Of a DNA stretch of 64,000 bases, positions 41,336 through 52,987 are shown piece by piece. Position numbers and translations under genes: made by a program. Positions within the stretch are counted from its first letter, which is position 1. Each line of letters opens with the position of its first letter. The notes beneath the pieces were generated by a model. The model saw only the letters and a list, made by a program, of their open reading frames with translations. It searched no databases and was not told where the DNA came from. The DNA is from Bugula neritina (taxonomy: Eukaryota; Animalia; Bryozoa), in assembly GCA_964035545.1 (NCBI GenBank), contig OZ037768.1:11874741-11938740 (forward strand), read 5' to 3'.

Positions 41336-44300
41336 TAGCTACACCAAGTGTCACATCTATCTCCCTCTCTTAGAGGGGTAAACGCAACTTTGGAAAGAAC
41401 ATATATAGTCATCAGTTGAATATACAGCTGTGTATTCTGTAGTAATAAGCTTTCTACTGATGTATTTTATACTAGAAACTCTTCTATACACTTAAAGTAA
41501 AGCATCTATATCGGAACTGAAGCATACTATTATAGTATGCCTCCACAAAGGTCATTGTAGCTTCAGTCAAGATCTTCTTGACACACTATTTTGAAGTCTT
41601 AGCTACATACATTGACAGAGTTTGAATTGAAATTGTATAGCCTATTGAAGAAACTTTCTCACAAAAATTGCTAGTATAAACAGATAAACTTTTCATATGA
41701 TAAAAATATAATTATGTAAAAGCACATTTGTATGGTTCTATATGTTTTCTTTGTTTATTCTAAACTATTTACCTAACTATATTATTTATATGCCACTTTA
41801 ATCAACTAGCTATAGATTCTATTTTGTAAGAAACTTAATAAAATCATCAACTTTTTTTCTTTGTATCAAATTGATGAGTGCAGAATCTGTTCACTAAAAA
41901 TAGTGATGCCATTTATTAAATTTGTGTAGCCTGTACTATTTTTAAAGAAATATAGATTATGCATGAGGAGAACTATTTGTGCAGTGTGAATAAGGGTTAT
42001 TTGAGTATATAACTATGTAATATACAAACTATTGCAACATGCAGTTAAGTAACACATTAGACAAAGTACAAAAACTAATTAATAATTCTGTACTACATGA
42101 TAATATTTTACAAAATAGAGAGGGTAAAAGATTGGTTTAAATTCTACATATGCAAGAATCATTGATGGAATTAGGTTAAATTTGCATATTCTCATGCTTA
42201 CTTTGAGGCTGGATGCATGAGATGTTGATGTCCTTCAAAAAACCTCAATTTATCAGCATCAGCACATTAGCAACATAAGTGGCAATAGGCTAGTATAACT
42301 GTAACTAATGCTATGTGTTATTCACTGAAAATATTATTCACTACTGAATATTTATTATTTATATATATCCATCTTCTAAAATAGTATATAGAGTACACAT
42401 AGGTTGTAAAAATGTGTTGCAATTAAACCTAAGACGGTTAGACTAGAGTGGATTATTCTGATGCGGGCTATTGAACATTAATTTGCATCCACTACTCGAA
42501 TAGTCTGATGGTAAAATTTCTTTTAGGGCTATACAATATGTTGGAGTTGTTTTATCTTTGTAAGAAGCAATAATTTTCTCGAAAGATATCATTGGTTGAA
42601 ATACAGCTTTTCCAGCACGTTTTATTTTTCATTTTTCTATTCTCAAAGTCAATGACAATCTGTCGATAGAAAGTGTGAAACTGAATGGTCTTGAAATTGA
42701 TGATGATATTGATTGTCATAATATAAATATGTCAACCATAATGATTACTAATTTCATTAATAATAATATTGAAAATAATTATAAGTTGGGGTATTTATTA
42801 CACAACATTGTTGGCAGTAAGATAAGCTAATAGTAATAGTAATATAATTATGACTATCACTTTTTGTGCATTTATTTTTAATTTTATTTTTATTAATAAT
42901 TTTAAAATTAATGTATTACTATTAGTATTACTGTATTAGTATTACTATTAGTATTATTTCTTAAATTAATTTATTGTTGATATTATAATTAATTAATTGT
43001 ACAATAATTATATATACTTATGTTATACTTATAGTAATACTTATACTAATTGGCGTAAAATTGGATGACTGTCACTATGATAATGAAGTATTAGATTTAC
43101 TTTTATTATGATACTTATTAATAACTTATTCTTATTGAATTTGGTAGTAAAACTAAAAGTATTTGTAATTACTATTAGTATTAGTAATACTCCAATACTA
43201 ATACTAATAGTAAGGTAAATACGAATAACAATTGTTTCTATTAGTATTATAAATAATTTAATAATTATAATATTATTATTACTATTAGTAATATAAATGG
43301 TTGAAAATATTTATGATGATAGTGAGACTGAGGGAGTGTGACACTGACTGTGAGCTTTTAAATTGCTATTAATATTATAAATATAGCAATAATTATAATA
43401 ATTTTTGTGATGCTTACAGTAAAGGTAATACTAGTAGTACTAATAATTATAGCCTACTTGTAGTTATAATCGATGAGTATTGGCTTCTTGTTATAGTAAT
43501 AATAATCATAATGGGTGTTTAGCGAAAGATGCTGTATCTTAGAACAACATAAACTAATATGTCAGAATTTCAGTTTCTTCTTCTTGTGTATTTAATAATA
43601 ATGTTTAGAATTTAACTGATGTAAATGTTTGTGAATTGTTTGCGCAGTGATTATTGCTTATTACCTCTACTATCATGAAATAGTTTGTTCAGTGCACAAT
43701 GATGTGATGTTAATTGATGTATGGAGTATATCAGAAACCAGTTATATTAGTTATACTTATATATGTCTTGCCTCAGAATAACCAGGAGTGTGACTATTGA
43801 TGTAAATTGAATTTAAAGATAATGTACAGATTACCTATGACTGTAAGAATATGTGTTAATATAAGTTATAATACTCTATAGCTGTGTGAACCATAGACAA
43901 TTTTGACAAAAGCCAAAATTTATGGGAATAAGAGACCAGCCTATTTCATCTTCTATACAAAAAATAGAAATAAAATTTACATCGAAATATGTACTTTAAT
44001 TTAAACTGTTTAATTTTTAATACTTTTTAGCTAAGTGTTGTGCATTAGTGCTTGTGCCAGATTCACTTTTTTCTAGTTCAAATATACGGTGCATCTTGTA
44101 TATTCAGAAAACTAACTTACCGCATGGTTCTGTTCATATTGAGCGAAAGTTATGAAGCTACTATTTGCTTTTGCATTTTTATTTTACACCTTCATATCAA
44201 AGTTTTTATTCATCCATCGCAATACCAAAACAGCTATCCTTGTTTTAAAGTATAGGTGAAAAAACAAGTTTAGACAAGTTTATAAGAGCAGAAACTTGCA

Positions 44301-44480
44301 GGGTCATGTAATGCAGTTGGAAAAAGACTTGATATTCACATATTGCGAATTTCTCATTTTAGGCTTTTTGCAAAATATGTTATATTTTTGATGCAATGAG
44401 TCTTATCATTACGAAACTACTGTATTTTATTAAATTTATTATTTGATTTATATTTTGTAGGTGACTTCTTAGTGCTTAAT

Positions 44481-46473
44481 ATGGATTCCTCTACTAACTT
44501 GCCAAGTATGACTAAGGATATTTATTTCCTTTTTTGTTATTTCTTAAATATTTTATCAAAGTCTAGTTTTTTTCCCACTTTTTATGGTTGACTGATGAAT
44601 ATTTTAATGTTAAGCTTTTGAGAACTAAAATCATGACAAATAAATTTAATCTTTGAGTTGCCTGTTATAAAGTTTCTGAGATTGTATAAAAGTTATTACT
44701 GCAACAAGTATGCCATGTCTATATTGTTCCATAAATATTGTTCCCAGAATAATTTTCAATTTGTTGTAACTATGGTAATTATAAACAAATATTTACATAG
44801 GTGGAATACCCTTCAGTCAAATTTCCATCATGCAGAACATGGGTGTGATAGACTACTGTCGAACCTCTGCAGCTGTGGCCTCTGGTTGTACTGCTGGAAT
44901 TTTGGGTTTAACAGGAATATATGGCTTCATATTCTATTTTATTTTTGGGGCTTTAGTTTCTGTAAGTCGTATAACTCATAAATGCTCACATTTCTTTCAA
45001 ATTCTTTATAAAATTAATTATTCTACATTTTGAAATTTATAGATCTGCAATAGTTCTTTTGATAATATATGTTTTAAATGTTATTAAATGCATGCTGGAT
45101 CTTGGTCAATATTCCACACTTTATGACGTGACATAATTACTCATTTGATGGCAGCTATAAATGTTTTATGTAAGAAACTAGCATGCAGTAGCAGGCATTG
45201 AAAGAAAAAGCAAAATCACTAACACTATATTGGCTAATAGTAAATAAAATAGTGTGTAAAAATTACTGCCCACACATTTCTAGATATTTAAATGCACTAT
45301 AATTACCTTAGTGTTTCAGTGTGGAATTTGAACAAATTGACCATCTTGGTTATAATACTTCAGACAAGTTATTAGATGGTCAATTCTTACCCCATGCAGG
45401 CAAGGAAACCCACTAATAGTCATATTTTGTAAGAAGTATGGTTCAATTTAATTATTGTTACAGTTGGCTCTCATGGTTGCTATTGGCAAAGACTGGCAGA
45501 AATACTTTATTTCAAAGAAGCAGTTTGTTACTCATGGCTATATTGGAGGTGTATTTGTATCCTTTTCATGGTTATATTATAAAGTAGACTAATAGATTAT
45601 AGGCTATTCTATATAGATTAGTGGTTACTAAACTAAAGTCACTAGCACAATTTACTGAAGAAAGTGGCATTAGCTGAACAAATTATGAATATCTTTAAAA
45701 AAATAATATTTACTTAGATGAAAATTTGTTTATAAAGATTTTAATATGGATGTTAATAGTGTCACTAAGTAAAAGAACACTATAATGAGTGGTTAAAGTC
45801 TAAAGCAAATGTAGATGGTATGGCATACCCCTTTGAACCCACTAACTTTGCCCACTGACTATAATTGTAAACCATTGGCTATGATTTTTTAAAGTGGCAG
45901 TTAGTTCTCAGCAGCAGCTAAAGTTTGTAGCAGTTGATATTTAGCCTAATTATTCAAAGTATTTGTAATAAGTTTGCTGACAATAACACATAAATTATTT
46001 TACAGTCACTAATAACAATATATTATATGACTCATGCTGTAGCATTCAGGATTATTTTATTCAGAATTGGATTTTTTTCTAATTGCTAGTGAGGAAATAC
46101 TTAGATCTAACTGAAATCTTGGTCATATTATTGATTATGTCACCCTTGATGAAAACTAAAAGTAGAGTTATTATAAGTGAAATGGGTTGCAAGTGCTGGT
46201 GATTATTTGAATTGTTACTTTAATGAATCAAAACCCGGCAGCATAGTTGGTGATGCTAGAAAGGGTATCTGAACTTGTTGCTTTTGTGCCACATTAACCA
46301 ATTCACCATCAAGATGATTTAAGGCCAAAGTCTATATAGACATTTTTACAGGGTGTTACTTTAAACAAGTAATATCTTGTGTGAGTGGCGTTTGAAATAT
46401 ATCCTTGACTCTTGTGGTCCAGACATATATATTGTTTTGGACTTTTCTGTATGGGATGGTGCATGTATACTGA
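44481..46473 (+). CDS. EMC6: ER membrane protein complex subunit 6 (109 aa)
   Basis: Exons 44481-44505, 44801-44961, 45464-45556, 46423-46473 total 330 nt. Peptides NMGVIDYCRTSAAVASGCTAGILGLTGIYGFIFY, WQKYF and TYILFWTFLYGMVHVY*. Confidence 0.96.
45557..46422 (+). other. U12-type (minor spliceosome) GT-AG intron
   Basis: Donor GTATCCTTT, branch site TCCTTGAC at 46402-46409 about 13 nt before the end of the CAG acceptor, and no long pyrimidine tract. Confidence 0.93.
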
Positions 46474-47453
46474 ATGATGGAGCCAATTTGCACTTGTGTT
46501 CAAGTTGTAAACACCTAGCTCGATTCATGTGTAAGCTGATTTTATGACGGAATATAACAAATTTATATGTAATGTTATGTAGCACTGATGATGTATATAA
46601 ATCATTGAAATTTTGTTTATTTTTATGCTAATTTATTCTGCACGGTAAGCCATGTAGCTATACAGCAATATCATGTTATTAATATGTGTAAATATAAATA
46701 AAAATAACTCAAAGTATTTTAGTGTTGCTTCTTAGGCATAAATATTTTTATCATGTTATAGTAATGGAAACAATTTCCTTTTCCTACAATTCTGACTTTT
46801 ACATACAATAAAAATAATCATGTAGCTATATAGCAGCAGGTGGTGATGTTTGACCCAGCAACTTTGCTTTTGTTTAGTAATGCACTAATAATAGAATGTC
46901 AGCAATATAATCATTTTGTAAATGTTTTATATTTTATCACTAACATGAATGAAATATATTAAAATTTAATTAAACCTTTTATTGCACAGTGATGCAGAAA
47001 TATTTATTTGCACAACTTCGTTTTACAACTCTCATTTTAAGAATACCATTTATAAATGGACATTATCTGCAAGGATTAAAACGGTTACAGAATCAGAAAT
47101 GCACATTTTAACATTCAATCACACAATAAATATCAATTATGGACCAGTTTACCTCAATGGATAAGGAAGAATTATACACAGGCATGTGAAGTTGGCCTCC
47201 TTGGGCAGTAAAGCTAGAGGGCTACTACCCCATTAGTTGCAACTTGTGAGTGAAACTAGAATTTATTGTATCTAATAAAACAAAGTGAAGGCTAAATGAA
47301 TGGTCAGCAACTAAACATACATACTGTGCATTTGCTCAGTTCAAACAAACAGGACTGCTGTATGTAATTAGTCTGTATAAAAGTGTTGTATTGTAATTGT
47401 CAGCTGTGTGTGCGTGTGCGTGTGTGCGTGCGTGCTCGCGTGTATTATATGTA

Positions 47454-47456
<3 letters not shown>

Positions 47457-47536
<80 letters not shown>
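47457..47536. repeat. (TA)n microsatellite
   Basis: Directly visible. Confidence 0.97.
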
Positions 47537-47541
<5 letters not shown>

Positions 47542-48076
47542 CTATAAAATGCATATATTGTTTTTGTCATAGTTTGCAAACATGCAGAGCTTTATTCATT
47601 TCTGTGTAAACTATTTTCATAGTTTTTGCAGCTGTTGTGACTTTAGTGAGCTGTCGTTATAAATTGTGTGTTTTATACCAGTAAAAGTGACTGTATATGT
47701 CAATTACAATTCCAGTGTTTTCACATGCAGGTGGGAAAACTTCACAAATTTCAATGCCGCTATACCAAATGTTTTAAGAACCACATCACAAGATTATTTC
47801 AATTAGTATGTTGCTCAATATAGAAATATAGTTTATTTCAGTAACATACTTTTTGCTATACATGAGCAATTAGAAAATAAAGAGGCTCAGTCCAGAAGAG
47901 AAGGAGACTCTGTATATACATACATATATATTCCAGCTGTATCTCTTACCTCAGTGACATATATACATATAAATTGTGCGTAATAAAAATGTATATACAC
48001 ATACATAAGTGTAATTACAATAATAAACATATATACTGTAATAGATTCAAATAGACATAAGTTAATAGCTGGTGTT

Positions 48077-48988
48077 TCAATATAGAGAATACTGGCCACT
48101 GTTTAGTGTAAAACAAGATTTAACAGCCTTTAGCCACCTATTTAATTTAACTTTGGAGCAACAGATTTTGTTTGGTCTATAGGATATAGCTTTAGTGTCA
48201 CTGTCACTACTATTCCTAATTTTTCTTCTGATGCTATGAAGTACATTGTATAATGCAGAGTTGAAAGTTGCCTTCTTGTTACTAATTGGGGAGACAACTT
48301 CATCATAATCTTCCTCTTCAATATCTCCCAGTGTTATCCAATGGTCTATTACTTTCTCAAATACACATACTCCATCATCTAACCCATCTTTACCAACAGC
48401 ACTCTTCACTTTTTTAATGAAGACGTTCATCTCTATAACTTCATTTGGGTCTCTAAAAGTATGTTTTATAGATTGTCACATTGTCACATAAAAAAAATCA
48501 TCTTTGCAATGTATATAATTCATATTTACATTTCAAATGTAGCTGCATCACAGAGCTAGGCTATAATCACTGATAGATGTCAAGTAAAAACTTTTAACAA
48601 GAATACTTTGAAATTGTATTCCCTGCTGTATGTTTTCAACTGCGGATGCACAATGCATTGTGTCATCCATTACGTATAGCGTTAGGAACCAACTTGTAAC
48701 TGTTTAAATATTCAAATATTGACATGCAATGGAGTAAAACGTTTCAGTCTTTGATTAATTTCTACATACTTTATCTTCTATCATTAATTTTACTATGAAT
48801 GCTAGTTTAATAAACATATAATCATAGATGATAACACATATCATTAAACTATAAATTTTCTAATTCAAGTCTAAAAAAAAATTATACAAATAAACTTACT
48901 CATTTAGAGTGTACATTGGAGAGACAATATCATTCACACCAGTAGTCAGAGATTCGTTTTCAATCAGTGAATATGTTCTAGAAGACAT
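48077..48988 (-). CDS. Candidate two-exon orphan protein (154 aa)
   Basis: ATG at 48988 (AAAATGT context), exon 48988-48900 with a GTAAGT donor, TTTTAG acceptor, exon 48452-48077. The phases match: MSSRTYSLIENESLTTGVNDIVSPMYTLNE-DPNEVIEMNVFIKK...GQYSLY*. Confidence 0.55.
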
Positions 48989-49158
48989 TTTGTTGAGAGT
49001 AATTTAAGACAATAATCCAATTTACACGATTCAGCAGAATAAGCAGCTTCCTTTCCCAAGAATCAGATACAAAGTGAGCTTTTAGTCATTTTGATTGTTG
49101 AACTAATTGCAAGACGCAACGTATCATTTAAATTTGTTCATTGTTGACATCATGCTAA

Positions 49159-49350
<192 letters not shown>

Positions 49351-50671
49351 TATAATATAAACTAGTTTAGTTTTTCCAGTGTTACTAGCTAATAAAACAA
49401 AAAAATGTTCAATAATAGATAGCCTCTCCATTTATGGCTAATAGCATTGAAACACCCTAGTTGCTTCTTCAATCTGTTCAGATAGTCTGAATTAGCAGTA
49501 GGGGTACCATAACAATGATTTTAAGTACCGAAAAAATTTACGTTCATCAGCAAAAAGTTAAAACTTAAGCATTTTATGTAACTTGCTGATAACCTTACTT
49601 TTAAGACTCTTGAGCACTGGAGTCATGCATGAAGTAATTAGCTAACTCTAATTATATATGATCATACGTAGTATTCTAATACATCTGTGCAGTTAACTTA
49701 GGAATCAAGTTGCAATAAAATAATATGCAAATGTAAGTTAAATTAGGTGCAGTGATAGATTTCATGTGCTTTCAACAGATGGGATTTAAATAGAATAATA
49801 GCTCACTAGAAATTTGTAAAAGGAGCCCTGAGACATTGTCATTTGGGTTTGTTGTTGCATTATATATAGATTGCTTACAGTAATAGTGAAGCAACAATTA
49901 CTTTTAATTTCTATAGACATTTAATTTACTGAGAAAAAAAAGCCAATCTGCACATAAACTATTTAAACAAAAAGAACATCTTAAACTGGAAAGGGTAAGG
50001 TTGCTGAAAGAAAAGTTATAGAAGCAAAAAGATTGGAACAAGGAAAGTTAGGGAGATTATACATGTATATTATAATGTGTAGGTATGTATGCAAGTATGT
50101 GTGTATGTATAAATGCGGGTGCAGGAATGGACTAACTACCCCCTAAATACTATCTTGGGAAGATGGAGGACCGAGAGTCATGGAGGGAGATTATCAATTG
50201 TTCTGGGGCTTCAGGATTTGAAGGAAGGTGTGGTATTGTTATGAATAAAGGATGATTAAGTGTTGATCAAACAATATCTATTATATAGTTACTAACATTT
50301 ATTACTGCACATGCTTGCACAGCTACTTTTAAGGAGCATGCATTTTGTACTTGGACTTTCGAAATTTGTTATTCAAGTTATAAGGGTAAGATATGTACAG
50401 TACATATTAAAGTCGGAACACAGGCTCATATTGCCTGAGTTTTAAATTTTAATGGTCTATTCAGCTTGATCAACTTCTTGCAAGTTTTTTTTATCGAGTT
50501 ATAGGTACTTGCGGAGTTGTTCTACATAAACTCTGAAAAACTTAGACTGTGATCTTATGTCTAAATACTTTTGCTTTATGCTCGCCCAGCAGGTCAAACC
50601 GGAAGCTCTCAAACTAGGTCTCAAGGTTAAAACTTGGCTATAAAAAGTTGTTGACTTTAGTACTAGTACTG

Positions 50672-51462
50672 TAATGCCCATAACACACTACAGTCGAAAC
50701 GCGACTGTGGCGGCCATTTTGGAGCTACTTGCGCATGCCTTCAACGTCACGTCCTACTTTTTGCTGGTCACACTACAGTTCACTACGAACGATGAAAGCT
50801 AACTGTCTCTAGTCTCGCAGTAAACTTTTAAACCAATAGGAATGCCATAAACCAGTTTCTGCAGTATCCACAGTAACCAACAATTAATCTTAGCGCAATT
50901 TTTTGAGATTTACTAGCATAATTTAATAAGATTTTCTAGTTATTTTTATTATAATTTACTAGCTTCAATTATTCAAAATTACTAGCTTTATTTAATGATA
51001 TTACTTAGCTTTATTCAAGCTCATTCACTAGCCTAAAGAACTAAATAGTTATAGTATGCTAATAAAATTCAACCAAATTAGAAAAACTAAATATGCAGAT
51101 AAAATTTAGCAAAATTTATCTAATGAATACTTATTTTCATGATTTATTGAAACTTTCATACATAACTTCATCATAATTATTTTAAAAGTAAATTAATATA
51201 ACTTTCGAAGAACCAAATCAAATAATAATGCTCGCTAGTAGCACGTGGAAAAAGTAAAAGCACTTAACCAATCAGGGTTTACCTGGCCAGTCAGTGATTG
51301 GCTGATCGCTCAACTTCAGCGATGACAGTTGAACATGTTGAACTTTCATCGCATCGCGAAAAACTGACAGTTGCGTTCAGTTGTGACGTCACAGAGGTCA
51401 ACGCTTAGCCTCGAAAACGCGTTCAAGATGGCCGTTTTGACTGTAGTGTGGCAGCCCCATTA
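50672..51462. mobile_element. MITE-like element, about 0.8 kb (possibly PIF/Harbinger-derived)
   Basis: Inverted termini TAATG-N7-CACACTACAGTCGAAAC (left) and TAATG-N7-CACACTACAGTCAAAAC (right, reverse complement). CpG-richer ends and an AT-rich core. Confidence 0.75.
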
Positions 51463-52987
51463 GGTTGTTTAATTATATCATTATAATATATTAAATTTGA
51501 TTCAATACACTGAAATTTTTTTATGACCTTTTGTCGATGAATCATGGTGTATAAATAAAACTACCTATTACAGATAACAATAGCTTTGATGTGTACTTGA
51601 TACTGTTGATCATAGTGATACTGATTGATACTGTTACCATACTGTAACTCACTAACTGTTAGTGTTAGACTTAGTGATAGTCACAGTGATACTATAACTA
51701 TAAGTATAAGTATAAATTATTGTTATACTTATGAGTTATAAGTATGACTATGTTTAGCTTTACCTTTACTCAGTGACTATGACCATTGACCAGTGTGAGT
51801 GTTGAACTTAGTTAAAGTTTTAATCATTAAATTTGAAATTAATTTAATGATTAATTTAATCATTAATGTGTCAAACTTAAAGTTAATCATAATGATAATC
51901 ATAATGTGTAAGTGTTAATCACTAAGTCAGTAATGTAAATTTAATTAACGATCACCGTTAGTGTTACTGTTACTGTGTTAGTGTGATTAAAATAGCTTAC
52001 AGCTACACTTACACTTGAGTTAATCTTAGACTTGTCTATGTCTCATCAGCTAAACTTGATGCTATCACCCAAAGTCATTGAAAATCAATATGAATATGAA
52101 TATCAATTTGAGTATATCGGTGACAGTTAATGTTATCTCAGACTCATAATCAAATTCAATATCACAACATTATCATTAAGTTTAACTTTTATCTTTAATA
52201 TTTATTAACAATAACTGTAAGTCAAAGTGTAAATATAATCATTCTAATTTTAAATATCATAATAATTATCATTATGATTTTTATTATCATAATGCCCAAG
52301 GCTAGTGGCTAATTAGTAAGTTACTAATTACTAATTAGTAAGACTAAGTGGTATTATTACTAATACATAATATTTATACTTATACTAAGTCTAATAGTAA
52401 TAGGGGGCACTGATAGTAGCTATAATACTACTTGTACTAGTGCTAGGGGAGGGCATAGGTCTAAATCTAAAACTTAGTTACAGGTAAGTGCAATATTTAA
52501 ATTTAGCCCTTAAAGTGTTTATATAACTCTGTAAGTGTAAGTCTAAATTTTAACAGTGACTGTGTTGGTAAATATATTAAATAAGAATAACTAAAATTAA
52601 AATGCTAATAGCAAAACATGAATATGTTATAATTTAGATCAGCTAGCCCATTTGTAATATGTTTCTATTGGAATTTGCAAGCATTTCAATTTGTAGAAAC
52701 TATTTCATTTTATGTTAAATAATAAAGTTGCACGGACCAATGCTCCTCATCCATCTTCTAATAACTTCAGTACTTGTTGATGAAAAATATTGTTAACAAA
52801 TTATGGCTGACAGCTTTGCTTCTTTTAAAGTAAAATATGCTCTCAAAATGCTAACTACTTGACTTTCTTTTAAAAAAAGTCAAGCATTGTAGCGTGTGTA
52901 TAGGTTTTCAAGCAGAGATAGGTGACTAGATGCCATGTAACTTTAACTGCTATTACTCATGTTATTGAATTTCAGTAGTCTGCCAAA

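Noticed and set aside
50110-50681. Possible LINE 3' remnants (MEDRESWREII on +; SGLTCWASIK...LRKYL on -)
   Set aside because: The resemblance is too short and degenerate to support a call without a search.
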